In this document: piece by piece, positions 18,427 to 29,819 of the stretch
How positions within the stretch are numbered: position 1 is the stretch's first letter
Layout: each line of letters opens with the position of its first letter
Assembly: GCA_965262115.1 (NCBI GenBank)
Contig: OZ253496.1
Coordinates: 1,835,054-1,899,053, forward strand
DNA: 64,000 nucleotides
Reading direction: 5' to 3'
DNA from: Nitrospinales bacterium
GTDB taxonomy: Bacteria > Nitrospinota > Nitrospinia > Nitrospinales > VA-1
Notes under the pieces: generated by a model
Seen by the model: only the letters and a program-made list of their open reading frames with translations
Databases searched by the model: none
Told to the model about the DNA's origin: nothing
Program-made: the position numbers and the translations under genes

Positions 18427-19497
18427 ATGAAATGGTTCGCGGTGAAAATTATTTTTCTCCTTATTCTCGCCCTATTTGTGAACTATTCCCTCAGTGAAGG
18501 TGCACCACGCAAAGCAACGGGCATCCAGAAGGTCATGGCCTCGTTTCCCCAAAACACCACCACGCGCATTGCCATCGTCGGTGACACCGGAACCGGTGAA
18601 CGAGCCTACGCACCGGGATTTTCCGCCGTGCAAAAAGCCATGCGGGATACCAAGCCGGACGCGTTACTGCATCTTGGCGATTTCGTTTACCAGCCGGAAC
18701 CGTTTCCCGACTCCTGCCCGAGCCGATACATAGAAGAAATCAAAAAAACATTGGTGGACCCGTATCCCCTGCGCCTTTTTGTTGCGGGCGATAACGATCT
18801 TCCGGCGCATCGGAAAAAGCCGAAGGCTTCGGGTTACTGGGACAAAATCGATCCGCTCGATTCCGGGTTCGACAACTCTGCCAAAAATGTTGCACGGGAT
18901 TTTGAAGGCACCCGGGTGGTGGGCAACGCCTTGATCGGAATCATCCATAACTATCCCTGGCAGGACCCCACCGAATGGCTGAAACCACGTATTAAAAAAG
19001 CGAGAGAAAAAGGGCTCTGGGTCATTCTTGCCGTCCACGAACCGGCGCTCACCACCGCCTGGTATCTGGACAAACGCAACACGGTTCTCAAACAGTTGAA
19101 TGCCTTAAAACCCGACATGGTGTTCGCCGGCAACCAGCACTCCTACGAACGGTTTCATCCCATGAGCTCGATAGAGGACGGGGCATTCAAGGTGATCAAA
19201 TCTGAATCTGGGAAATACCAAAGCGGGGACGGAACGATGCACATAGTTTCAGGCGGCGGCGGGGCCACCTTCAAACCTTTTGCCGACACTCAGAATAAAA
19301 AGGAGGGCACCGCGCCGAAAGAGGTGTTTGACGCGCTGGCAAAAAGGGCGCTGATGAACCATTTCGTCACTCTGGATATTTCGCGGGATATTTTGAAAGG
19401 AACGGTCTGGCGGGTATGCGTGAACGATGATCCCGATGACCAACAAAACCCGCGCTGGAAATCGCGAAAGAAATTCTGGGACAACATCCCCCTGTAA
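18427..19497 (+). CDS. Secreted calcineurin-like metallophosphoesterase
   Basis: Signal peptide, then VGDTGTG, LHLGDFVY, GDND, GNQHSYER and VSGGGG metal-binding blocks. Confidence 0.85.
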   Translation: MKWFAVKIIFLLILALFVNYSLSEGAPRKATGIQKVMASFPQNTTTRIAIVGDTGTGERAYAPGFSAVQKAMRDTKPDALLHLGDFVYQPEPFPDSCPSRYIEEIKKTLVDPYPLRLFVAGDNDLPAHRKKPKASGYWDKIDPLDSGFDNSAKNVARDFEGTRVVGNALIGIIHNYPWQDPTEWLKPRIKKAREKGLWVILAVHEPALTTAWYLDKRNTVLKQLNALKPDMVFAGNQHSYERFHPMSSIEDGAFKVIKSESGKYQSGDGTMHIVSGGGGATFKPFADTQNKKEGTAPKEVFDALAKRALMNHFVTLDISRDILKGTVWRVCVNDDPDDQQNPRWKSRKKFWDNIPL

Positions 19498-19547
19498 TGC
19501 GACGACAAGCCCCAAGGCGTGACGGTTTATGAAGAATTTGAAATTAA

Positions 19548-19950
19548 CCACTAGGCGTGGGGCCAATGTGCACGTGATATTCTTCCTCAGCCTTCGTGCC
19601 CCGGAGGGGTAATAACTTTTGCTGGCGAGCAATAGTTCATCTTGGCTTGTTATATTTTTCCGTAGGTGGATGTCCTCCTCAACTATTAAGTTCCTCTCCC
19701 CTCCGAGGGACTCAAGCCTGATCGTCTGAAGGCTTGATGGCAAGGCATAGCCGCAGTGAGGGGGGAATTGGACTACCCCCTCTTTCTTAAAGTACCCCTT
19801 CGGGGCACGAAGTTAATGTTGGGGATATCACGTTATACCTGCGGGGCATGATCCTTCGAGAGCCTCAGGATGACCAGACAGACTCAGGATGACAAGTGAA
19901 GAGGATATCACACGCTCACGAAGGCTAAGCAAGAGGCCATCACAGCTACG
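19548..19950. repeat. Intergenic repeat cluster
   Basis: CCACTAGGCGTGGGGCCAATG (19548-19568). F1 forward at 19592-19611 with head GTGATATTCTTCCTCAG. F1 reverse at 19793-19812 with tail TTAATGTTGGGGATATCAC. The GCATGATCCTTCGAGAGCCTCAGGATGAC unit is shared with 20410-20462. Confidence 0.85.
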
Positions 19951-19958
19951 GACAAATA

Positions 19959-20396
19959 TCACGTCTCAGCTTTTATTTTCAAGGCATCGTTCATGGATTC
20001 TAACATGGGCGTGATACTTTTTTCCATTTTCCCCCAGAACAAGGGCACGAGCATTCCACTGAATGCTTCGATGTGAACAAGCCGGGTGCCGGAACCGGTT
20101 TCTTCCAGTTCGAAGATTTTGTCGTTGGTGAATAAAAAACCCGCCATCATGGTCGCGCGCCAACGAAAAAACTTCGGCTCTTCGACGTTGGTGACAATGG
20201 GCGTGTATTTATTGCCTTCTTTACCGTCACCGCAACGCATGGTCATGCTGAGTTTGGACCCTGGGGACGCGACTCCGCTTGCCTGATCGCAGATGGGGTT
20301 CCACTCCTTCCAGTTATCGAAATCGGTGAGGATGCTCCACACTTTTGCTATGGGAGCCGCAATTTCTATTTCGGTTCGAATTTCTCGCATACTCAT
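19959..20396 (-). CDS. SRPBCC (START/polyketide-cyclase-like) family protein
   Basis: 145 aa with the typical I.A....VW..L.DF..W..WNP pattern of SRPBCC proteins. Confidence 0.75.
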   Translation of the reverse strand: MSMREIRTEIEIAAPIAKVWSILTDFDNWKEWNPICDQASGVASPGSKLSMTMRCGDGKEGNKYTPIVTNVEEPKFFRWRATMMAGFLFTNDKIFELEETGSGTRLVHIEAFSGMLVPLFWGKMEKSITPMLESMNDALKIKAET

Positions 20397-20404
20397 CCTT
20401 AATT

Positions 20405-20590
20405 TTATGTCCCGCAGGACATGATCCTTCGAGGGCCTCAGGGTGACAAGTGAAGAGGATAGGAAGAGGCACGAGGGTTAAGCTAATACCTGGATTGCCG
20501 CACCACTTTGTGGTTCGCAATGATGGAACCCCCCTGAATCCCCCCTTATCATGGGGGCCAGTGATCTTTCCCCTGTGAAGGGGAATTGAG
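20405..20590. repeat. Intergenic repeat cluster
   Basis: Units shared with 19838-19905, 27019-27062 (inverted) and 7771-7800, as listed for those regions. Confidence 0.75.
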
Positions 20591-20601
20591 GTGGTTTTCT
20601 T

Positions 20602-21555
20602 TTATTTGGATTGCGCAAGAATTACGTCAATTTCATCGCAGGTTTTTTTCACATCCCGTGCTGAGGCATCGAGAGCGGCTTGCTCTTCATCGGTCATTTT
20701 AAGTTCAATGACTTTTTCGATTCCGTGGATGCCCATCATAACGGGAACGCCGAAGAAAATTCCACTCCAGCCGTATTCGCCTTCCAGGTAAGCGGTGCAG
20801 GGGAGGATGCGGCGTTTGTCCTGCAAGATCGCTTCGATCATTTTTACGACTGATGCGCCGGGCGCGTAGAAAGCGCTGCCGGTTTTTAGCAGTGCGACGA
20901 TTTCCGCCCCGCCTTTTCGTGTGCGTTCCACCACCCGGTCGATCTGTTCCTGAGTCATCAGTTCGGTGATCGAGATGCCCGACACAGAAGTGTAACGGGG
21001 CAATGGGACCATGGAGTCGCCATGCCCGCCAAGGACCATCGCATCCACATCCACCAGTGAGCAGCCCAGCTCCAGCGAAACGAAGGTTCGCAACCGGGCC
21101 GAGTCGAGCACGCCGGCCATGCCGATGATTTTGTTCTTGGGCAGGTTGCCGGTTTTCTTGGCCATGTAGACCATCGCGTCAAGCGGGTTCGACACCACGA
21201 TGACAATCGGGTCGCGGGAATGCTCCATGATCTTCTCGGTCACCGAGTGCACAATTTTAGCGTTGGTGGCGAGAAGGTCTTCGCGGCTCATGCCCGGCTT
21301 GCGCGGCAGCCCTGCCGTGATCACCACGATATCGGAATTGGCCGTGTCTTTATAGTCGTTGGTTCCTGTCACCAGGCTATCGAAAACCTGCAGACAACTT
21401 GACTCCTGCAAGTCCAGCGCTTTTCCCTGCGGGATGCCCTCGACGATATCGATGATCACCACATCGCCGAGGTTTTTATAAGCGGTTAACTGGGCCACCG
21501 TGGACCCAACCTGACCCGCACCCACTACCGTGATTTTTTTCCTTGAGCTTGACAT
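20602..21555 (-). CDS. mdh: Malate dehydrogenase (LDH-like type)
   Basis: [29 protein letters not shown] and GGHGDSMVP. Confidence 0.95.
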   Translation of the reverse strand: MSSSRKKITVVGAGQVGSTVAQLTAYKNLGDVVIIDIVEGIPQGKALDLQESSCLQVFDSLVTGTNDYKDTANSDIVVITAGLPRKPGMSREDLLATNAKIVHSVTEKIMEHSRDPIVIVVSNPLDAMVYMAKKTGNLPKNKIIGMAGVLDSARLRTFVSLELGCSLVDVDAMVLGGHGDSMVPLPRYTSVSGISITELMTQEQIDRVVERTRKGGAEIVALLKTGSAFYAPGASVVKMIEAILQDKRRILPCTAYLEGEYGWSGIFFGVPVMMGIHGIEKVIELKMTDEEQAALDASARDVKKTCDEIDVILAQSK

Positions 21556-21619
21556 AGCGTTCCTCTACATGAAGGCAAACCTGAACCCGGTTTGACCTGT
21601 TATTAGCCAGCGGAAGCTC

Positions 21620-23878
<2,259 letters not shown>

Positions 23879-24277
23879 TTAATTATGTTTAATTAATGAA
23901 TAACAAAAACTATCAAATCTCGAATGACAGGGATAACAGGTAAGCGCAACATAAAATGTCTATTAGAATAAAGGTTTAAGATAAATTATTACCCCCTTCT
24001 TGTCAAGCAATTTTGGTCGGGCAATTTCCCACCAAAACACTGAAAAAGGGAGCACAAGGGAACACAAGCAAAACGGTCTAAGGAAGCGTCATATTTAATA
24101 GGACCAAAAACAACAATGCTTAAAATTTGATATAATTGTCTTATTCTTCATCCAATCCCACAAGTGGGTTTTATTGCCCGTGGCTTTGTGCCACGTTTTT
24201 AAAAATAGCACTCTATTAGGATGCCCTGTCCGCTCGCGGCGGGGTTATTCATTGATCTCCCTGCTGATTTTCCCCCT

Positions 24278-26968
24278 ATGGAAAATTCTGAAAAACACCA
24301 CCGACTGGCGATTGATTTCAGCCAGGTGCAGAATATCCCTGCCGATCCCAAGCAGAGACTGCCCTATTTTCAGACCTTTAAACAATTATTGAAGGATGAG
24401 AAGGCCAGGATCAAAAGCTGGCATCGCTCGGGAACCGGCGGACGCGAAATCATCCAGGCCCACACCAGTCTTGTCGATGAGGTCATCCGGCACGTCCTTC
24501 TTTCCATGACACAGCTTGAGGCTTATGCCTACGCCCGCGTTCTGGAAGGGTTCTCCCTCATCGCGGTGGGGGGCTATGGACGGGGAGAACTCAATCCGCT
24601 TTCAGATATCGACCTGTTGTTTCTTCTTGCCGAAAAAACCAAGCCTCTCACAAAAACATTTATTCAGGACGCACTGTCAGTTATTTGGGGGTTCGACATG
24701 GAAATCAGTCACAGCTCCCGCACCATTAAAGACTGTGTAAAACTTTCCCGGGAGGATTTGACCATCAAAACCTCCATGATCGAAACCCGGTTCCTCATTG
24801 GCAATCGAACCACTTATGACAAGTTTCACAACTCCATCTATAAAAATGTTTTGCAAAAACATGTGAAACAGTTTTTGAACTCCAAACTGAAAAAAACATA
24901 CACCCGCTACGGACAGGAGGACGGCGTGGTGTGCCACCCGGAACCGGATATTAAAAACGGGCCGGGAGGATTGCGAGACTACCATAGCGCCCTGTGGGCC
25001 ACCGCCGTGCGCTATGGATGCCATTCGCTTCGCGAAATCAAAGAGACCCATGTGCTTTCCCGGGAAGAAATTGAGTCGCTCTACCATTCTGTCGATTTTT
25101 CATTGCGCGTCCGCAACGAACTGCATTATCTGACCGAAAGAAAAACCGATGTCCTGACCTTCGACGTTCAGAAACAACTGGCCGCGAATCTGGGTTACCG
25201 GTCTTCCACCCACGGGCAACCCGTTGAAGAGTTCATGCGCGACTATTACCTGCACGCCACCAATATCTATAATTTTTCGCAACACCTTTTTGAACATTGC
25301 CGACAAACCAAAAGATCACTCAAAAAAGTAATCTCTTCATCAACTAAAAAGTCCGTAGGGAGTGGGTTCCATATTTCAGATTCCTTCCTGATTTATGAGG
25401 GCGATGCGAAAGAGGACTTCAAAAAAGATAAATCACTTTTATTGCTGGCGTTGGAGCTTTGCAGAAAGCAAAAGGTCGCGCCGGATTACAAGCTCCAGCG
25501 GCAAATGCGGCTGAGCAAAAGTCTCATTAACGCGCAGTTTATGAAAGGGGACGAGACTCGGGATTTCCTGTTCTCCATTCTGAAAGACAAAGGCGCTGAG
25601 AAAATCCTGCGGCTGATGCATGAAACACACATTCTGGAACAGGTCCTGCCGGAATTCGGGCTGGCACACTGCAAGGTGAACCATGATTTCTATCATCACT
25701 ACACCGCCGATGAGCATTCCCTGCGCGTCATCCGCTTTCTCGATGAACTGGCCATTACCGGCATCACCAATCCCACCGACCTGCCCGCCTTGTATCAGGA
25801 TTACTTTCGGAAAGGGATTCTCAAGTTATCAGCCCTTCTGCAATCGGTAGGAGAAATGCGCGAGGGTGAACAGGGCGAATTTTTAAAATCCATGACAGAA
25901 AGACTGAACCTGGAAGAGGCGGATGTGCAAATCCTGCTTTTTCTTCTCGCTAATCCTTACACCCTGATCGAAACGGCCTTGCATCAGGATATCCACCAGC
26001 CTGCGGTGATCCGGAAATTCGCCGAAACCGTGGTGAACCCGGAGAAGCTGAAGGGACTCTATCTCCTCAGTTATGCCGAGTTGCGGGCGGTGGCACCGGG
26101 AACTCTGACCGCCTGGAAAAAAATATTGCTCTCGGAGTTATATGAAAGGACCCTGAAGTATCTGGAAGACCCAGGTTCTCTGGAACAACAGCCCCGGGCC
26201 ACCCGAGTGGGGGTATTCAAAGCCTTGCATCGGGAACTGCCCGCGAACGATATCGAAAAGCACCTTCGCCAGATGCCGGAAGATTATTTGATGACAGTAT
26301 CCTCTGAAGAGGTGGCACTTCATATCCGTCTCATCCGTTCTTTTAAGGATAAACTGTTTGTTCTGCATCACCAGTTCCATGAAGAAGGCAACTACCATAA
26401 CCTGACCCTGTGTTGCCCTATCGGCATTGAATCGTTTAAAAAACTGGTGGGAACCGTCACTGCCAAAAGCCTGAATATTCTCGGTGCACAAATTTATCTC
26501 AAACAGGATGGCATCGTGATTGTCACTATACAGGTCGAAGCAGGTGCCAACGCCACAGCCGATGACCTCGAAATCTGGAAAGATATTAAAAATACCCTGG
26601 GCCAATTGTTTGCCGGGGAAACCAGTTTACAGAAAATGCTGAAATCCCGAACCCGTTACGTCGGCGAGCAGAAAAAGGTGGCGATGGCCCCGAGAGTGCA
26701 TGTTGAAAAAACGGTGGACAATCCGTTCACAGTAATCCGGGTTGAAGCCCGGGACCATATCGGCATGCTCTACAAAGTTGCCACCGTCTTTGCCAATTTT
26801 GGCATTCGCATTCACCGGGCCAAAATTTCCACCCAGGGCGACCGGGCCATCGATGTTTTTTACGTGTCTCTGAAAAGTCCGAATTTCGACCTCAATAAAG
26901 TGATCCTCCGGTTCAAGGAACATATGATCCAGACCTTGATGATCGAAAAACTGGAAGACGTCCGCTAG
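24278..26968 (+). CDS. glnD: [Protein-PII] uridylyltransferase/uridylyl-removing enzyme
   Basis: Nucleotidyltransferase block (AVGGYGRGELNPLSDIDLLFL), an HD domain (HDFYHHYTADEHSL) and two C-terminal ACT-like domains. Start placed at ATG 24278. The stop TAG lies inside a repeat unit. Confidence 0.9.
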   Translation: MENSEKHHRLAIDFSQVQNIPADPKQRLPYFQTFKQLLKDEKARIKSWHRSGTGGREIIQAHTSLVDEVIRHVLLSMTQLEAYAYARVLEGFSLIAVGGYGRGELNPLSDIDLLFLLAEKTKPLTKTFIQDALSVIWGFDMEISHSSRTIKDCVKLSREDLTIKTSMIETRFLIGNRTTYDKFHNSIYKNVLQKHVKQFLNSKLKKTYTRYGQEDGVVCHPEPDIKNGPGGLRDYHSALWATAVRYGCHSLREIKETHVLSREEIESLYHSVDFSLRVRNELHYLTERKTDVLTFDVQKQLAANLGYRSSTHGQPVEEFMRDYYLHATNIYNFSQHLFEHCRQTKRSLKKVISSSTKKSVGSGFHISDSFLIYEGDAKEDFKKDKSLLLLALELCRKQKVAPDYKLQRQMRLSKSLINAQFMKGDETRDFLFSILKDKGAEKILRLMHETHILEQVLPEFGLAHCKVNHDFYHHYTADEHSLRVIRFLDELAITGITNPTDLPALYQDYFRKGILKLSALLQSVGEMREGEQGEFLKSMTERLNLEEADVQILLFLLANPYTLIETALHQDIHQPAVIRKFAETVVNPEKLKGLYLLSYAELRAVAPGTLTAWKKILLSELYERTLKYLEDPGSLEQQPRATRVGVFKALHRELPANDIEKHLRQMPEDYLMTVSSEEVALHIRLIRSFKDKLFVLHHQFHEEGNYHNLTLCCPIGIESFKKLVGTVTAKSLNILGAQIYLKQDGIVIVTIQVEAGANATADDLEIWKDIKNTLGQLFAGETSLQKMLKSRTRYVGEQKKVAMAPRVHVEKTVDNPFTVIRVEARDHIGMLYKVATVFANFGIRIHRAKISTQGDRAIDVFYVSLKSPNFDLNKVILRFKEHMIQTLMIEKLEDVR

Positions 26969-27377
26969 GCGCGAGGCCAATTTATTCCCCCACATTAGTT
27001 GGCTGGGAGACTCCGCGCCATCATCGCGAACCGCAAAGCGGTGTGGCGATCCAGGTTCTGGATGTGGGAGCGGGACATACTTTAATGATCTTCCCCCTGA
27101 CAAGGAGACCTTTGCATACGTCGAAAAAACGTAAAGTCGAGATTACCCGTTCCGGGCACGAAAGCTTAAGTGAAACATCACGTCTTCACTGCGTTCAGAA
27201 TGACAAGAAACGCCAGCTTGTCATCCTTGAGAAGCCAAAGGCGACGAAGACGTGATATTTTTCCTTAACCTTCGTGAGCCTGTGATATTCCCTCCGCTAA
27301 ATTCATGCCCGGAACGGGTAGAAGGGGTATGTGATGTCCTCTTCCTTAACCTTCATGCCCCGAAGGGGTAATCCGGT
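26966..27377. repeat. Intergenic repeat cluster (CTAG hairpin, GTCATCGCGAA unit, three F1 units, long imperfect palindrome)
   Basis: F1 at 27144-27164 (reverse), 27302-27320 and 27351-27370 (forward). Imperfect palindrome CGTCTTCACTGCGTTCAGAATGACAAG...CTTGTCATCCTTGAGAAGCCAAAGGCGACGAAGACG (27181-27251). Confidence 0.85.
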
Positions 27378-27629
27378 TGATCTTCCCCTGAATTGGTGGA
27401 CACATCGAAAAGTGTGGATAATACACTTTTGGAGGTGTTTTTATGGGAACCAAACGCAGGAGTTTCAGTAAAGAATTCAAGTTAGAAGCGGTTCGATTGG
27501 TTATTGAAGTAGGCGATAGCATTGCCCGGGTGTCCCGGGATCTGGGAATCCGTTCTGCCCTTCTGGGTCGCTGGAAACAGGAGTATGAGGAGGATCAGGT
27601 GTTATGTAAAGGTCTCCTTGTCAGGGGGA
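27092..27629. mobile_element. MITE-A-type terminal inverted repeat pair enclosing a 540-bp mosaic
   Basis: TCCCCCTGACAAGGAGACCTTTGCATA (27092-27118) against the reverse complement of TTATGTAAAGGTCTCCTTGTCAGGGGGA (27602-27629) gives 25/27 identity. The interior holds REP units plus an IS3 left-end fragment, not the MITE-A core. Confidence 0.6.
27378..27599 (+). mobile_element. IS3-family left-end fragment (IRL + first 52 codons of orfA)
   Basis: The 222 bp appear identical to 59838-60059 by eye (TGATCTTCCCCTGAATTGGTGGACA...MGTKRRSFSKEFKLEAVRLV...EYEEDQ). Similarity ends abruptly at 27600. Confidence 0.9.
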
Positions 27630-27641
27630 TTGAGGGGGTAC

Positions 27642-28043
27642 GTGAACCAACACTTAAAGAGAGGGAAAGGCCTGACTTTCCTATTACTAGCCTTCATCAG
27701 TTGGACGCCCCATGCGTCGGCAGAGCCTGTCGACTCAGAAACCGGGCGGGACATTTTCTACAAACATTGCAAAGCCTGCCACGGAAATAAAGGCGACGGC
27801 AAAACTTTTGCGGCCAATGTGCTGAATCCACCGCCAAAAAATTTCACCGATGAAGAATCAAAAAAGGAACTGATGGAAAAACGGATGATTGAATCCGTCA
27901 CAAAAGGAAGGAAAGACACCGCCATGATGCCGTGGGAATCGAACCTCACTCGGGAAGAAATCCGCGCCGTCGTGCATTACATCCGCCAAAAACTGATGAA
28001 ACTGGAACCACCGATGGACACAGATGACAACAGATCAAGCTAA
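27642..28043 (+). CDS. Class I c-type cytochrome (mono-haem), secreted
   Basis: CKACH haem-binding motif and a distal Met region (DTAMMPW). Signal peptide LTFLLLAFISWTPHASA. Start placed at GTG 27642, 5 nt after GAGGGGG. The upstream part of the tracked ORF is mobile-element sequence. Confidence 0.8.
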   Translation: MNQHLKRGKGLTFLLLAFISWTPHASAEPVDSETGRDIFYKHCKACHGNKGDGKTFAANVLNPPPKNFTDEESKKELMEKRMIESVTKGRKDTAMMPWESNLTREEIRAVVHYIRQKLMKLEPPMDTDDNRSS

Positions 28044-28584
28044 GTTAAAAAGCTTCGTAGAGAGATGTTGCTGGGCGTATATCACGCACCAACATTACAA
28101 AGAGCTTTTTGAAGGGAGGAAAAGCGATTTAAGACTCTTCGAAAAAGTTTCACACCAATTCTTTGTAGACCTTAACCGCATATTGATTAAATACTTTTAC
28201 ATTCAAATATACAGCCTAACTGACCGTGATAAGTCTTACGGGAAAGAAAATCTAACTATTAACAACTTATTGAAAACCGTTGATTGGCCCAGTGACATTA
28301 AATCCGAACTTGAAAATAAAGTGAATCGATTGATGGACTTTGGAGAAAAAATCGCAATCGCAAGGAACAAACTCATAGCCCACGTTGACCTGAAGGCACA
28401 TTTAGATGAAAAAGTCTTAGGAGGCTTCGAGGAAGGAGAAGATGAAGAATTTTTCCTTATTCTGGAAGAAACCGTAAATGTTATGCATGAGCACTTGATG
28501 GGCGGTCCATACTCCATCCGCGTCAGCAATGCATTTGAGCCGGTGGAGAAGTTTCTGAGAAAACTAAGAACACTTGAAGAATAA
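28024..28584 (+). CDS. HEPN-domain protein (AbiU2/abortive-infection-like)
   Basis: All-helical 186-aa protein with an R-x5-H motif (ARNKLIAHVD) in the RNK..AH context typical of HEPN Abi families. AT-rich by eye. Overlaps the cytochrome c stop by 20 nt. Confidence 0.6.
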   Translation: MTTDQAKLKSFVERCCWAYITHQHYKELFEGRKSDLRLFEKVSHQFFVDLNRILIKYFYIQIYSLTDRDKSYGKENLTINNLLKTVDWPSDIKSELENKVNRLMDFGEKIAIARNKLIAHVDLKAHLDEKVLGGFEEGEDEEFFLILEETVNVMHEHLMGGPYSIRVSNAFEPVEKFLRKLRTLEE

Positions 28585-28682
28585 AAAGCCTGTCACCACA
28601 GTCATAAATCTGTGTTTATTGGTGTCCATCTGTGGCTAAAAAGGTTTTCTTGATAAGACACGGTTGCAAATTACAAGCAGGA

Positions 28683-28988
28683 TTAAACCATGTTCTGCGG
28701 TAGCGGGCGGATATTTTTCTCCATCGTGGGCCAATCATCTCGCCTGGCAAGCTTGAGGTCGTAGCGAGACTGCAAATTCATCCAGAATTCGGCAGTCGTT
28801 TTAAAGTATTTTCCCAGTCGCAAAGCACTATTGGCCGTGATACCGCGTCGGGCATGAACAATATCGTTGATACGTGCTACAGGGACATCAATATCCCTCG
28901 CAAGTTTGTTTTGGCTGATCCCAAAGGGCAACATAAACTCTTCCAGTAGAATTTCTCCCGGCGTGACCGGCGCCAGTTTTTTTCTCAT
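28683..28988 (-). CDS. higA: HigA-family antitoxin (XRE HTH)
   Basis: PGEILLEEFMLPFGISQNKLARDIDVPVARINDIVHARRGITANSALRLGKYF.T..EFWMNLQ is the canonical HigA/VapI pattern. Confidence 0.9.
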   Translation of the reverse strand: MRKKLAPVTPGEILLEEFMLPFGISQNKLARDIDVPVARINDIVHARRGITANSALRLGKYFKTTAEFWMNLQSRYDLKLARRDDWPTMEKNIRPLPQNMV

Positions 28989-29004
28989 AATCTACTCGCT
29001 CTAT

Positions 29005-29283
29005 TTAATGATAATCGACGATTTCCACATCATGGGGATGACCATCTTTCCACTTAAAACAAACCCTCCATCGTTCGTTGATGCGGATACTGTATTGGCC
29101 CTTACGGTTTCCCTTTAAAGCTTCTAATCTGTTGCCCGGTGGTTGCCGCAAATCATTAATCTCTTTGGCGGCTTCGAGCATTTCCAGTTTTCTCCTGGCA
29201 ACCCTTTCGATATTTCGAAAAAGTGGAACCAATTCATCTCGAAACAGGTTTTCCGTGTCTTTGCAGCGGAAACTTTTAATCAT
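29005..29283 (-). CDS. higB: HigB-family toxin (RelE/ParE superfamily, 'killer protein')
   Basis: MIKSF.CKDTE.LF..........I.RVARRKL..L.AA....DLR.PPGNRLE.LKG.R.GQYSIRINE+WR.CF.W. Lies upstream of higA. Confidence 0.9.
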   Translation of the reverse strand: MIKSFRCKDTENLFRDELVPLFRNIERVARRKLEMLEAAKEINDLRQPPGNRLEALKGNRKGQYSIRINERWRVCFKWKDGHPHDVEIVDYH

Positions 29284-29352
29284 TCTTTATAGTATTCCTA
29301 AAAAAGAAACGTGTCAACAGGAATTCGATAACAGAAATATAGGTTTCTTCTC

Positions 29353-29661
29353 CTACTTCTTCACCTCTTTACCCAGTTTCTGTTCGATGGAAGCGATTTT
29401 GGATTCCAGCCTGCCCGATTTGCCCACCCTATAATCGATCTTGATACCGCAGGTGATGCGTTTGCAATCCTTCCTCATGGTCTCGTAACATTGTTTGACC
29501 ACCCCCATAACTTCATCGAACTCGCCTTCCAGCACCGTTCCCATCGGATTCAACCGATACGGCACACCGCTATCGTCAATAATTTTAAGGGAACGGCTGA
29601 CCTGTTCGCTGACGCTCTCCCCTTTATCCATAGGGCTCATGCTGAACTCAAGCAGTACCAT
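29353..29661 (-). CDS. MTH1187/YkoF-family (DUF77) thiamine-binding-like protein
   Basis: MVLLEFSMSPMDKGESVSEQVSRSLKIIDDSGVPYRLNPMGTVLEGEFDEVMGVVKQC. Start chosen at ATG 29661 (GAGGA 7 nt upstream); the ORF is open to 29682. Confidence 0.8.
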   Translation of the reverse strand: MVLLEFSMSPMDKGESVSEQVSRSLKIIDDSGVPYRLNPMGTVLEGEFDEVMGVVKQCYETMRKDCKRITCGIKIDYRVGKSGRLESKIASIEQKLGKEVKK

Positions 29662-29685
29662 ATTCATGTCCTCAAAATTCACTAG

Positions 29686-29797
29686 GCGGAGTACCTCCGC
29701 TGGTAATTTGCAATTTCTTTATTTCGTGGGCAAACGTTTTCTCGGCCCAACGAGTCATTGCGAGTTGGCCCCACGCCGAGTGGGAATTTATTACTTG
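29686..29797. repeat. MITE-B copy (about 110 bp; GGCGGAGTACCTCCGC hairpin at one end, CCCCACGCCGAGTGGG at the other)
   Basis: CACTAGGCGGAGTACCTCCGCTGG...TTGCGAGTTGGCCCCACGCCGAGTGGG is collinear with 45117-45220 and 55965-56073. Confidence 0.75.
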
Positions 29798-29819
29798 CAT
29801 TTTAGGGCTGAAATATGAA

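Noticed and set aside
27252-27370. Three tandem units of about 40 bp that could be mistaken for a mini CRISPR array
   Set aside because: The units are imperfect copies of the dispersed REP-like family. There are no unique spacers of constant length between them, the same unit occurs singly in both orientations all over the window, and no cas genes are present.
27443-27790. 115-aa ORF that looks like a full IS3 orfA, and the 173-aa version of the cytochrome c ORF starting at 27522
   Set aside because: Comparison with the copy at 59903 shows IS3 homology stops at 27599. The rest of the 115-aa ORF is an out-of-frame read of the cytochrome gene. The 27522 start lies inside IS3 sequence, so GTG 27642 with a proper SD and signal peptide is preferred.
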